The translations under genes were made by a program, and so were the position numbers. This document shows positions 26,789-41,700 of a DNA stretch of 64,000 nucleotides, piece by piece. This stretch comes from Balanoglossus misakiensis (lineage: Eukaryota; Animalia; Hemichordata): contig CM082598.2 in the NCBI GenBank assembly GCA_040954595.2, forward strand, positions 5,347,097 to 5,411,096, written 5' to 3'. The notes below the pieces were generated by a model. It was not told where the DNA came from. It made no database searches and saw only the letters and a program-made list of their open reading frames with translations. The first letter of the stretch is position 1; every line of letters starts with the position of its first letter.

Positions 26789-29700
26789 CTGTAAAAGATG
26801 AATCAAATATCAAGGTGATATGCAAAGTGGTTTCCAAGTTTTGAAGTGGATGGAATTACATACTTTTGTTTAGTCTCCTGATGAGTGAGTCCAGTGACTC
26901 ACGAAACAATTTTGTAGCGATTATACTGCATTTCCTTTCTCCACCTACCCTTACTTTTATACATACATGTCATACATACATACATACATACATACATACA
27001 TACATACATACATACATACATACATACATACATACATACATACATACATACATAGGTCCCATGGGCCTAATAATTGTAGTTGGACTGATTCACTTCGGAA
27101 TGTTGAAAAGCGAAGATTATGACAAATATCACCCGAAACAAATTTCTCTCTGCTGGCTGCACACCAAGTATACTTACAATTCCGGATCTAGATCCTCATC
27201 TGCACTATCCATCAGTTCTTCTAAATTATCACAAAATACTTTTTGTTGTTCTCGTAGAGAACCGAGATCCCTGGACACTTGGGACCTCACTCCTTGTTCA
27301 TACCTACGGGAGAATTGGAGAATTATATCATTAGTTTTTGACCATTTTTCAAATGTCCATTGTCTGTAACTTTTCCCCAAGTTTTCAGTGGTTTTGTTTT
27401 GTGTATCTACTGCAGTTTCTTGTTCAAATTCCTGTAACAGGATGTAATGCCCAGTATTTCGATCACCAACACAACAGAAATGTGTATAGTCAGCCTTATT
27501 GTTTGGCAAAATTTGAATCCAAGACTGGACAAGAATTCTTTTTTTTTTTTTTGAACATCTACAAGTGTGCCCTCTAAGCCCATATGATGTGCCCCACTGA
27601 CCCAACAAACTCACTGGTGACTCGAGAAAATTATCCACACTACATGCAAAGGTATACGGTAGATAGAGGTGACTTGGAGAAATTTTTAAATATCCTCAAA
27701 TTGACTCAAAGCTTTAAAAAAAAAAATTATTATAGGGCAGACTGACAAGCACTCACCCCTGTTGGAATATTTCTTCCTCTTTTACACTTGGCGATTTTTT
27801 CCCTGCATCTGTTGGTGAACTCTGTCCATTCTGCAGAACAACGGGAGTTGCACCTACACTTAGCCTGGGCCGTACTGTAGTTGGTGTTGTGGGGTTAGAA
27901 ACACTAAAAAGAGAGAGAGAAAAAAGGAAAATGCAAACTGCTTATAATGCATTCACAAATATCAACAAGAGTCTACTTCAATGTGTGAATAAGGTGATGA
28001 ATACTTATCATTTACATTACTTTTCTCAAATACTGTAAAACACTTTATTTTCGCGAGTTAAAATTTTCGCGGTATCGAGAGAGGCCACTGTTTCGCAAGT
28101 ATTAATTTTCGCGTTCTCTGATTTCATTCACTGCGTCGTTATCTTAAAAACAATTTACACAACTTTTTATTTTCACGCTATTTTGGCTCTCGCGTATTTC
28201 GCGAAAATTTATTGCTCGTGAAAATAAAGTGTTTTACAGTACAGAAACTTTCTCGGGTATGCACAAGAAATATAACGGATACCGGTATAAACATACTTTC
28301 ATTCAATTGCCAATGATGCTAATATAGAGATTGTCTTGGATCAGAATACTAAGTTCCCCAAGTGATAGTACCAATTCGAGACAATGACCGTTTGTTTGTT
28401 GTAAGCGGTTTTACGTTGTAACCATTTTCGTCATATTGATGTTCGACTGCAATAAGGATTATCTGGCAATTCACACTCTCAGTCACAAACCTTTTTAGAG
28501 ATTTCTCGTCTTCATCTGGCAGCCCATTATGTCTTTCTGGTACTGATCGAAAATCTGGAGCAGCTGAGGCCCTTCGTCCTCCAGAAAGCATTCCAGTGAC
28601 TCTGTTCCTGATTGCTGTTGTTGTGATTGCCTGTGTAAATCGGGATCTGGCATCCTGCAGAACAGTCAAATATCCAATAAGTGTCAAAGTCAGTACACAT
28701 TGTAACACATCTCGTTCTTTTTGTGCTATTGCCCGCCGGGCATCAGTTCCAAAAAATGATGCCCGCTCACTTTGTGTATGGTGAGTTCTTATGCATGGCT
28801 GCGGATGAGGTGTGTTACAAAACACATATTGACTGGCTTTTAGGGCAAAAGCATACGTCTTTCACCTCTCGGGAATGTGAGTCACCCCCCCCCCCAAAAA
28901 AAAAAGACTGTTTTCCCTCGGTCGAACAGTCTGTTTTAGGGAGTGACTCACAATCCCTCGGGTCACAGACGTATGCTGTTGCCCTCATGGCCAGTCAATA
29001 TGTGTATAAAGATACCTCATGTACTTTGTTAAAAAGATGGCAAGCTGCATGGTTGATGGGAGAGTAAAGGCTTGACTGCTAGAATTCTTCATGCACATGC
29101 AGATATACAGGGTAAAGGACATACAAAAACCACTGCCAGTTATTCAGTCTCTGATAACATAATGTATATGCTTTTATCTATGGATAACTATTTAGGATAT
29201 ATGAGTGGTAATTTGTGAGTGCTACCAAAACTGATATTAAAATATGGATTCATGCATGAGCTAATTTAATAATGAAACAGTATGAAGTCACTGGCACAGA
29301 TTTGATTTTATCTAAGCCATTTAAACAATGAATTAGTCAGGCTGCTTAACTCAGTGGAGATCCATAATGCAATTCAAGCAATAAACTAACGGATTGCTCT
29401 CCACAAGTCCCCCCCAAAAAAGATTTCAGCAATAGCACATGAAGTTAATTTCATTTCTATTTCAGAAACCGAAAACCTTCATATGCAATAATTTTCATTT
29501 GCGAAGATAAGATCGAGGAAAAATTATAGCTGAGAATCAAATTCGATAAAAATCACACAACTAGAATTCTAAGAAAGAATTAAAGTAATAGCCAGCTGAT
29601 TGCTTTGTTATCTGCATAGAAACTCTAACATTATTAAGAATGAAGCCCGATCACAAATGATATATGAAATAAGAAAAAGCAATACAAGAATACAAGACAT

Positions 29701-32700
29701 GTGTATCACACGTATATACAAGTATTCATTTTATAATTGTCACCCTCAGAGTGCCCGCCAGTATACAGTAACACATATTATGTGAACATACAGTCACATA
29801 TCTTCCAAAGCCAAAGATATTACCAACCACATGAATGAAATGTACACAAGACATGCCCCTCTCAATAGGTGTATGGATGTTTAAACTGTAAGGTACCGTC
29901 ATTCAGTTTGAGGGCACTATGTACCTCCACCTCAGAGAAAACGACTGTAGGCAATGTTATTTAACCCGCAAATAAGAAAATAAGATTGACAAGGAACACA
30001 CACACATCAACAAAACTGTGGTACAGAAATACTATGTGGACATAAATAAGGCAGTGTTTCACTTCACTAGTGACAGACACATTACGACACCCATTTTGAT
30101 TCTAAATGACAACAATTACTACTGTACAGTTACGCTAAATCCCCGGGGGCTAAATCTAAAAAGACACAGAGCTACTCTAAGACTGTTGCTACATGTACGA
30201 CAACTACAGTAAAACTTGTCTAAACCAAACACCAAAGGGACTGAAGAAACTGTTCGGTTTGCAGGTGTCCGGTTTATAGAGGTTCTTTATAACATGTGGT
30301 TGTACCTCAGAGGGACGGGAAAAAGTGTTCGGTATAGACAGGTTTCAAGATTAGGCAGCGTTCGGTTTAGACAGGTTTACTGTACATGAATCACCAATGA
30401 ATGATTTTTATATGAGAAGTGCTTCTAGAGTATGTGTTGGGACAATACAATGTATGCATAATGATGATTTCCTATCATTCTTTGAACCCTCCTCGAAGGA
30501 AATATGAAAATGAAGTTATAATAGGTCACTCGGGGATGAAGATGCAACAGAAGAGAAAATCATTTCTGAATGCCGTACTGCAGTGACAAGGGCTTGAATT
30601 TAATACAATACAAGAAGAAGTCCACAAATCTAAACGAAGCCAATCTGAACAAAGATTACTTCAATGTGCCCCAGATTAATGGATCATTTAGATGTTGTAC
30701 GATAAATGCGACATGGCTGAGGTTGCGTTGAAAATGTAGTGAAATATCCATCTGATGATAATGACCACTACACATCTACACAGAAGAGAAATTGAACAAA
30801 TTGTCACCTCATCAAAGCTACGGGACGGCTGTGTGTACTCAAATCTACTGCGAGTAACAGTGCTGGTATTAGGCTACAGGTCAAAGGTCAAATCAGAAAA
30901 TCTATCATTAGTATTGGATGCATGCAACTCTAGCAACACATACAGATACACAGATTTTAAATTAAAGGGACAAAGTTGCCACTTTTGACTTATTTTTGGT
31001 TAGTTTAGCTTCTTTTGATAGCTTATTTATGTTGTTTAGCCCACTTTGAATAAAGGGACAAAGTCTCTCTCTCGCTCCCTTTTTTTGGTAGGATATGAGA
31101 GCAAAAATCTCACAAAAATGAATAAACGGTAGAGACCGATTATTCATTGTGGTAAGTTTTCTCACTCTCGTGTCTACAAGTGGGATGGAAGTTGTGTGTG
31201 GTCGAACATTGATAAACTACACATGTAGAATAACATAAACGGTGTACTGTGTCAAACATAATTGATGGAAAAAGGGCAGTGAGAGAGAGACTTCATTCCT
31301 TTAATATGTTCTGGCTGTCACAACTTGACTCATAACCTATTTACTGAACAACACATGAATATTTAAAATACATTTTTGCTCCATACCAGAAATTGTTCCA
31401 CTAGAATTTGGATGTTATGCCCAAATATAGGGTGTGTTTAAGTTGTGACAGTCGTTGGGCAACCAAACAACAAAGCCATCAAAAGAAACCAAAATGGCCA
31501 AAATAATGTCAAAATTCAGTCAGTTTGTCTCTTCAGCAGTATAAGTGCAAGCAGAATAAGTTCCCAGCGGATGGAACGAAAGTTGTCTTCTTTTCACAAC
31601 ATTGATAATCAAGTACTTATTCAAATGGACAAGAAACAGTGATGGAGTGATTGAAACACCAAGAAAGCCATTGTCTATCATATGAGCATAGAAATCCGCA
31701 TGTGTGAGTGTACACGTTTCATAAATGTTTTGTTATACCATCATAACACATCATATTGTACAAGTTGTGCATCACACCTGGTCACGCAAATATTCAAATT
31801 ACGAAAGTAAACGATAAACACACCTGGTCACGAAAACAATAGCAAATTTAACCTAAATTACACTGTCATAATAATTGAAAATGAAAGCCTGATACAGCAT
31901 TTTACATTACGCGGCAATAGACATATTTCTTCATCCCAAGGCACGCATGGTTTAGTTTTTGAGGGGTCCCACACTAAGATTTATGCGTAAAACCCTGCTG
32001 ATTATTTTATCATTCACCAGATGGGTAAAAGGGACATAACTGAAGTTATACATTAGATGGATCACTTCATTTTGATTCACAGCTCTTTGGACAAAGACAG
32101 AACTTCAACCAGTATTGCCATTTTATCACCGTCCAATTGTTTATTTAATGGCTAAGGGTTCACTCTATGGGCAACAACTTATAAGAAGCTGTTTGTAATA
32201 AAACACTTTATTTTTCGCAAGTTGAAATTTTCACAATATCGAGAGATGCCACTGTTTCACGAGTATTAATTTTCGCGTTCTCTTATTTCATTCACTGCAT
32301 CGTTATCTTAAAAAAAAATTCATGCGACTTTTTATTTTGCATGCTAATTTGGCTCTCGTGTATTTCGCGAAAATTTATTGCTCACGAAAATAAAGTGTTT
32401 TACAGTATACATGTATGATTAGTTTCTGATCACTTATTTCAACAATTCCATCAAACCATGGACAGTACAGTCTATGATCAAACACAATCTTCTGGTGCAA
32501 GTTCTCGTATGGCATTTACAAGATCCACCAGCAGCTCCAAAGAAAATCTGAGATCATATCTTCACCAGGACACTAGAGGGAGTGCTCTGGGAGTTGACAC
32601 ATCTTCAACAGGCCAGTAGCATCAACAGCCATGATTTTTTTCAATACAGACACTTGTATGCAACCAATACAGAGCGACACAGATGTGAGACACCTGGCCT

Positions 32701-35700
32701 ATTTACACCACAATGAACAGATAAATTGTAAGTTGAACACTCAAGTACCACAATCATTTCTCCTGGATTCAATAATGTATCGGTTACAATGAGAAAGAAA
32801 ACTTAACAAGAATACAAAGTTAAACCTCACTTTCTTAATTAAAACACACGATCAGCTAGCAAGTGATCAGATAAGTTTTGGTCAGCATCAGACCATTTTT
32901 CAAAACAAATAACCATCCTGGTCATAGAGTTGTGGTTGGTGGCAGAGAGAGTAGTGCCTTGCTTGTCCCAAAATGAGAACAGGAAGTTGTTAGAAGAAAG
33001 AATTATCACATACTCATAAGAAACCCTTCTCCAACCAAACTTTGATTCAACCATTATTGCCTGAAACAGTGGAACTTGGAGCAAAGGGGTGGGAATATTT
33101 CTGTGTTACAGATGTATCTCACCTCTTCAGATATACTATCAGGTATGCTAGCCGATCTAGACGAGAAGTTGTTGGATGTTGTGTCGCACACACTTTGGCT
33201 GTAAACCAATCGAGGTCTACTACGTGTCCCATACTAATATACAAGCAGCAATGGTACAAAGTATAAAAACAAAGCAACCACCTCTAGTTATTGTCTAGCT
33301 TGTTTTTATAGCTAGGTTTGTCACTTAACACAGCCGTTATAGTCAACATGCATTTATATAATGATAGGACGACAGGAAACAAATGATGAACAGAGTCTAA
33401 TAATCTCTGATTAAAGGGTATATCTTATGAGGAAGAAGGAAATAATTTGACAACGGATCTGGAAGAAATACCAAGAGAGCTACATGGTCCACCAACAGAG
33501 AGAGAGCGAGAGAGAGAGACGGAGTTGAACCACCTGTTCTGAAGTCAGAAAGATACCAATTATTTAACACTAAAAAAACCACTTGGAAAGTAACAACTAC
33601 AGTAGGGCAATTTTAGAGGGAGAGTTAATAAAAATAATCAAGGCTTGCATACAAAAATGGCTGAAAATGGGAGAAGAGTAACATGAAGCATATAAAACAC
33701 TTTATTTTCATTAGTTGAAATTTTCGCGATATCAAGAGAGGCCACTGTTTCAAGAGTAGTAATTTTCGTGTTCTCTTATTTCATTCACTGCATCGTTATC
33801 TTCAAAAAAAAATTACACAACTTTTTATTTTCACACTATTTTGGCTCTCACGTATTTTGCGAAAATGTATTGCTCGCGAAAATTAAGTGTTTTACAGTAT
33901 ACAAATAAGATTGTCATTAGTGCATTTGACATAAGGGAAAATATCAGGGTAGCTTGTGAGGTCTGTGACAACTTATTTTTATCACACATTTTTAAATTAA
34001 AAGCTACCTTGATATGTGTCTTAAAATGTGTAAGAATGTTAAGTGCTTTGATAAAACATGCAGCATGCATAGAGTGCATAGACTTGTTTTGGGTATGAAC
34101 ACCCCTATTTCCTGTACAATGAAACAATCCAGGATCGCTCCATTGCACAGTGAAGAGAGGGGTGATAGGCTCTCACCTCGGAGTGTGAAGAGGGTAGATT
34201 TAGTGATTGCGATAAAGAGTCGGTGGTCTTTGACGATGTCAGCAATGGTCGGGATGAAAACTGTTACAGCAAAGATAATATAGGTGAAAGTGTTAGTGAG
34301 ATCAGGAATTATGAGAGCTTCTTGGCTTTTCTAATAAAAATTAATAATAATATTAATAATAATATTAATTTCTTATATAGCACATTACATGATACATCTC
34401 AATGCGCTTTACAGTTTTTCCCATGGTCATTGGACCTAAATATTCCATTCAACTCCTTAGAAGCAAACAACAGCTCACATGTGCAGCCGTTACATCAGCA
34501 CAGCAGAGCTAAACACACACATTGCAAGCTCTGTCCTACCAAGGTACCCATCACTCCTGAGTTGGGAGAAGCAATGAGAAGTAAATTGCCTTGACAAAAG
34601 ACACAACACCACAGCCTGGCCGGGGTTCGAACCCATGAGGAGAGTTTGATATTTTGTTGTACAGTTACAGTATCATTTGAAATGTCCTAAGCGTTGAAAT
34701 ACATGTCATTGCCAGGTATATCAGAAATAAATGGGAAATCATCCAGTCTTGTTCTGTTAGTATCCATATCAAAATTAATTAGATATAAGTGGACAATTAG
34801 AATGTAATAATATACATGCGGAGATCATTGAGTTCTCAACAACTACAACAACAACAACAACAACAACTACCACAACCAAGCCTTTCAAAACAACAGTTTC
34901 CAACTTCACAGGAAAATTACCTTAACCCTTAGCCATGACATAAACATTGCATCATACAAACAGTACTATTAACTCAAGCATATTTTCCCCTTTTCTAAAT
35001 CATTCACTTCTGTTTGAAAGTTAACTGAAATCTGGAGAAGCAAATGCCAACGAGGGCGTAGTCTTGTTCCAAGACTTTATTATGAGTTCAAATATTTCAT
35101 TTATGGCATGATTCCTTGATGATATTTGATATATACTTCACACTCATGAAAATTAAAAAGGTTGAAAAAAGAGTTACACATAGGCCAAAATAAAAAAATA
35201 TGTGCTGTTCCGATTACCCGACCTACCCTAATTTTATCCCGTCGACCCTAAACTTTTTAGAGCTTTGTAAACCCGGAAGTAAAAATAACAATGTCAAATA
35301 TACAAAATTTATGAAAATTGTGCGAATCATGCAAGAACTATGACGTCATTTTCTACACTACGGCGGTCAAAGATTTGGAAAAAAATTGCCACATAATTTT
35401 TTTTTATACATTGTACCTACCTACCCTATTTTTGAAAACTATGTAATCAAATCAGCACATATTATTTTCTGGGCCTTATTATTATCTAGTGATGAATGTG
35501 AAAATGGCATATTGTTAAGTTAATAGCAAGCAGCATGAGATCTTGAGTACTTACTGGAGGGGGAGAATTACTTGTTCCACCAAAGCCCAGGAAAGTAGCA
35601 ACAGATGCACGTCGTCTTGAGCCCTTCACCATGATGGCCAAAAAAAAGATGAGCAGGCAGAGAAAAGATGGCAGTCAGCAGAGTTAGCAAGCATTTACAC

Positions 35701-38700
35701 TAAAAAGGCATGAGTGTTTCGAACCTTCCACCCACAAATGCCATGGTAACAAAAAAAGTATCATAGAGTGAGTGAATGCATATACTGGAGAGAGACTATA
35801 AGTACAAGCCTTATAGAAGTCACATGCGTTTTTGTCTGCCAAGGTCTATTTGCACTCTGACCCATGAGAGCAGACAATGAGTTCCATACTGTGCAAGCAG
35901 TTTTACATTGCAAGTCTTAAAGCGCCTAGCTCGTCTCACACGCATGTTCCAGCTGTAGCCGCTGGTTACAGACGTTTAGTGAACAGTCAATCCCATAAGG
36001 CAGTGCTCTGTCCTAACAACAGAGAAGATGGCGGCGACCATAATCTGTGTCGGAGATCGGGAAAAGACACCAGCTTGGGTGAAAAGGAGGGACAAAACCA
36101 GAATCTACTTATACGGTGCCCATGAAATATGGAAGGAAGCGAAGGCAGTCCACTATTTGAATGCATCGAACGGAAAATTTGCTGGGAAGTTACGCGCATG
36201 CGCGTGAGACAAGCTACCAGCTTTAACTTACTTGCATGTTTTATATTTATCATTTTCATCATACATAAACGTCTAACCTTAAAATGACAAAGGACATTTA
36301 TAAACTCACATCTGTCTTGTAAACCGTGTAAACGATTTGACACATATCACTTTCTTTTCCTTTTCTTTCACATCTTAGATACATAAACTGATTTGTGCTA
36401 AATGATGATGTTATCTATACAGAAAATTTGCAGTAATAATCCTTAACAGCCCTGATACAGATTTGCGTGCCAAGGTTGCATGGCCCACAATGTTTTGGTC
36501 CAAATCCATCGTTTTCTATGATAAATTAGGACCACTATGGAGGAAACTGGGGGCGAAATGGTTATCAGCTATATCTCCAAACTAACTACACCACTACCTA
36601 CTAATAATTAAATAGGCCTTCCTTTAGAGTATGATGTAAAGACAGTCACATATTTGGTCATTGCATGAATTCTTTCGATAGCCACAGCAAGTATATACAT
36701 GTACCATTTTAGTTTCTAGCAAAAACATGAAGCTTTTAATTTCTACCTTGATTTGTTTAATTGAAGACAGAAATGTATAATTGCAATACGCTTAGAAAAT
36801 GTTACTTTATGGCCAGCTTCCCTATTACAGAGTTTTTCAAAGTTAAGTAACAAGTGTTAAGTGTCCTTTTCATTGTTGACGAGAGTTGTACAAATATTGG
36901 AAGTGGGAACAATTTGTATGAATATTGAAAAAAGGTAATTTTTATGAAATTTGAATGAAACACCCATGAGAATTTCACCAAGTGGCCTTAATGTGCAATG
37001 TTGAATAAAAGAGCAGTGATGGTGACCATATTAAAGGTACAAAGTCTCTCTCTCGCTGCCCTTTTTCCATTAATTATGTTTGATACAAGACACATTTTAT
37101 GTTATTCTGCATGGTGGATATATAGTGAATCAACATTCGACCACATACAACTTCCATATGCATCCCGTTTGTACGATATGAGAGCAAAAATCTCGGCAAA
37201 ATGAATAAATGATAAACACCGATCATTCATTTTGGCGAGTTTTTCACTCTCGTGTCTACAAGTGGGATGGAAGTTGTGTGTTGTCGAACGTTGATTCACT
37301 ATATATCCAAATGTAGAATAACATAAACGGTGTCTTGTATCAAACACAATTAATGGACAAAAGGCAGCAAGAGAGAGACTTAATGTCCCTTTAATACCAG
37401 GATTATATTCAACAAATACCTCAGAATTTCTCTTGAGTGTTCTGGAAGAAGCTTGGGAGTGAAAACTACCTACATTTGGCTATGGAAGTATAGAATCATA
37501 GATATTAATATTGTAATAAATGATTAAGTGATAATTTTGCATATTTTGGCCTTTTCATGCAATACATGGGACACTAGCATAAAGTCTCTCAAAATACAAA
37601 AATGATGTCAATGTATAACTTTTAATATGTCAAAATATCCCTAAGGCTGTATGTAAGGAGATCCTTTTGTTTGTGACCTCTCGATGAAATGAATTCTCAT
37701 CTAAACTGGTTCCCTCTACAAGCTGAGTGGAGGATGTGTATAGTTGACCAATATTCAAGCAAATTTCAAGTAGTCAAGCATCATAAAGACCTTTTCCTAT
37801 CGAACAAGATTTACCAGAAAAATCTAATTATCTAGACAAGCATTTTAGTCATGGGGAAAACATACATGCAAATTCCTTGGGAGATTTAGGTTTTGGAATA
37901 CTGTAAAATACTTTATTTTCGTGAGTTGAAATTTTTGCGATATCGAGAGAGGCCACTGTTTCGCAAGTATTAATTTTCGCGTTCTCTTATTTCGTTCACT
38001 GCATCGTTATCTTCAAAAACAATTTACGTGACTTTTTATTTTCACGCTATTTTGGCTCTTGCGTATTTTGCGAAAAATTTATTGCTCACGAAAATAAAGT
38101 GTTTTACAGTATCTCCACTGACCTCCACTGTAGCCCCTTGATAGACATATTGTCACCCAAAAACCAACGCGAACAAATTACAGTCTGGCATTTTGCGATT
38201 AAATCTTGCAATCCATCACCACCAGGCATTCCACATCATGCACATTTAACCCTTTCACCCCCAGTTCCCTCTACAGAGATCCAACCTTACCATAGAAAAC
38301 AATAGGTTTGGACTAAACCATGGTGGTGAAAGGGTTGGAACCTTTTTAAAATCCAACATTCTCTCACCTTATTTCCTGCGATTGACATAGAACGCTTGGT
38401 CAGTCTACTATCAAGTTCACCTGTTGGTAAATGAACAATTTTGCATCAAATTATCTGGTTTATCGTCTAATACTGCTATAACTGGACTATAAAAAGTTAC
38501 AGGTAAAGTTCAAAGTGCCCATATAATTTTGCGATGTGCAATAAATGACTCAATGATTTTGAAAAATGCGGTTAAAAAATAACTCACCGTCTGTGGTTTG
38601 ACGAAGTAGCCTATTCTCTTGAAGTAATTTTCTGAAAAATTAAACCAAAAAATTACAGTAATTTGACATTGATACCAAACTATCATACAAAAACAAAAGA

Positions 38701-41700
38701 GGGTTTAATAAGAGAGTCAGTGTACAATATATTTTCTGCTCAAAACTCAGTTTCCATTCTTAGACAATGTATGATAGCATTGTAAATACATGTATTAGTA
38801 TACTAACTTTGTCTCGTCCAATTCTGTTTTTTCTCTCTCGTACATTCTTTTTAAGTTTTCTACATGGTTTATCATGACTTCAACAGCATGGTTCATCCTT
38901 CCTTCCTGCAAGAGAATGTAAAATGTGTTATTCAAGTATGTGTTTGTTTGTTTCTGTAAAAAAAAAAAAACCATGCTGACTTGTTTGAAGCATGGTATGG
39001 TAAACCCTATGGAGTTTGTCTTTAAACAAAACGCCCTCTCATGGCAATGCTTATATGAGCTTTTGTTTTTATTACTGTGGACATCAGCTGTATGACAAGT
39101 GGTTTCTGAGAAGTTGTGATGACTGATGGATTACAACAGATCACCAGTCAATTCTTCAATATCAAATGACGTCAGACGCGCTCAGGCGGCAGTAACGTTG
39201 GCATTCAAATTTCCAGCTGACGGGCAACTTCAACAACATGGTGCAGACAAAGACTGTGCAGATGAAACGCCCTGAGGCTGATGGTGCCCTCTTTACGAAA
39301 AAGGCATATAAAAGTAAACTAGTGTAAAACGGGTAATTTTCGTGAGCAATAAATTTTCGGGAAATACGCAAGAGCCAAAAAAACATGAAAATAGATTGTT
39401 GTGTAAAAATGTGTTTCTTTGAGATACCGATGCAGAGAAATAGTAGTACGTGAAAATTAATCCTTGTGTAATAGTTGCCTCTTTTGATATCACGAAAATT
39501 TCCTGTCGCAAAAATAGCCCATTTTACAGTATGTTGGAGAAAGGGGATTGTAAGTTTTCCACTTGCCTGTTGAACAGCTCCATGAACCTCAGCTTTACTT
39601 GATAATCTGTTGGTTGTTTTCTGTATCACATCCACATGGTGTTTTAGTTTATCCAGTAATTCCTTGGTTCGTATGTCACTACATATAGGGTTTAAATCCT
39701 GTAGATAGAATATCATTCAAGAACTGTTACTGTGAGGTTATTACGAAAATATCGCAAATTATGCCACACGGACATTATCGCCCGAGAAATTTTCAAAAAT
39801 TCCCAATTGACTCAAAGCATTTTAAAATTATGTTTGTTAAAGGGACAAAGTCTATCTCTCACTTATGTTTGATACAATACACTGTTTATGTTATTCTACA
39901 TGTGGATATATAGTGAATCAACGTTCAACCAAACTTAACTTACATCTCGCTTGTAGACACAGGAGTGAAAAAAACTTGCCAAAATGAATAATCGGTCTCT
40001 ACCATTTATTCATTTTTGCGAGATTTTTACTCTCATATCATAGAAGCGGGATGGAAGTTGAGTGAACGTTGATTCACTATATATCCACATGTAGAGTAAC
40101 ATAAACAGTGTCTTGTATCAAACATAATTAATGGAAAAAGGGCAGCGAGAGAGAGACTTTGTCCCTTTTAGAGGGCACATCGTAAACTTGTACCTGTAAA
40201 GAATCTTTGAGATGCTCCACTTCTTTCTGCACATTGATTTCTGCAAGATCTCTGTGTCTTTCCTGCAAGTCTAATCTCTTCTCTAATGTATACTTGTCTG
40301 TTTTAAATGCTAGCGCCAACGCCTGGAATTTGGACTCTACTTCTTGGTCACTGAGGCTCCCAGGACTGGAATAAAACACACATTGCAGAAGTCAGATGAG
40401 AATTCAATCCCTAAAAGTACAGTCAGTGTGCTTCGTACATTGCCTATTAATTCATTGAAACAAAATGGTGAACTATTAGTTGGAGTCTGCAGTATTTCAT
40501 CTAGATGGGGGTGGGGACGGGGATTCACCCTCTGTTGACATGATTGCACCCCCTAGCAATTTATTCACGATACTCTATTAATAGTGCCTAGTGACAATAC
40601 AGTCATATGTAACCATATGTATAACTGGAACTCGATCGACTGTGTTTTGGTTGTGATTTCTCACGGTCAAGTCATGATCGCAAACATTACTTCCAATACA
40701 ATGAAAATTTAAAAACCAAGTCATCATGAATATTTTTTAATGACTGATAGATCCAGGAACATAATATGAATACAACTAAACTGTACAGTTCTAATGCAGC
40801 AATGTTAAAAGGACAAAGTCTCTCTCTCGTTGCCTTTTCCCATTAATTATGTTTGATACAAGACACTGTTTATGTTATTCTACATGTGGATATATAGTGA
40901 ATCAATCTTCGACTACACGCACCTTCCATCCCACTTGTAGACACAAGAGTGAAAAACTCGCCAAAATGAATAATCAGTGTTTACCATTTATTCATTTTGG
41001 GCGAGTTTTTACTCTCATATCCTACAAGCGGGGTGGAAGTTGTGTGTTTCACTATATATCCACATGTAGAATAACACAAACAGTGTCTTGTATCAAACAT
41101 AATTAATGGGAAAAGGGCAGCAAGAGAGCGACTTTGTCCCTTTAAACTAAAAGCAATTTGTGTTATCCACAATTCGCTGAATCCCAACATCACCAGGCAA
41201 CACATGAGATGCATGTTTAATCTGCCCTAATCCAACAAATGGCATTAAACTTTATGTTATATAAATTATCAAAGCTCAGGTGCTGACAGATGTACGATTT
41301 CTGGTATCTCACCTGGCATCTGTTTTATGAAGACAAGCACACACCATACAATATGAACACACATAAAAGAAAATTGGGAAAATAAATTTTAAGTTTAATT
41401 ATTCTTAACTAATGCTTGTTTGTTCCTGTTCTCATTTTCTTGTTCATTCATTCATTCATTCATTCATTCATTCATCCATCCATTCATTCATTCATTCATC
41501 CATCCATCCATCCATCTATCCATTAGTTTTGCTGCTGCTGCATGACAATTGTAGTCATTTCTGGCACAGTTTACAATGCAAAGTATCCAGCACTGGAATA
41601 AATTTATGTGAAAAAAAAATGTTGAAAAGATCTCTCCCTTCATTTTACAAATTTTACCAATTTGCATAAATAATTGCACAAAAATGCAGGCCGGTTTGTA

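Noticed and set aside
26866-27369. 167-aa plus-strand ORF
   Set aside because: Read-through of the (TACA)n microsatellite and antisense of a real exon.
27304-27638. 5' extension of ORF 27174..27638 and an acceptor at 27432
   Set aside because: Phase 0 does not fit the upstream phase-2 donor; the acceptor at 27304 restores the EEEIFQQGYEQG motif.
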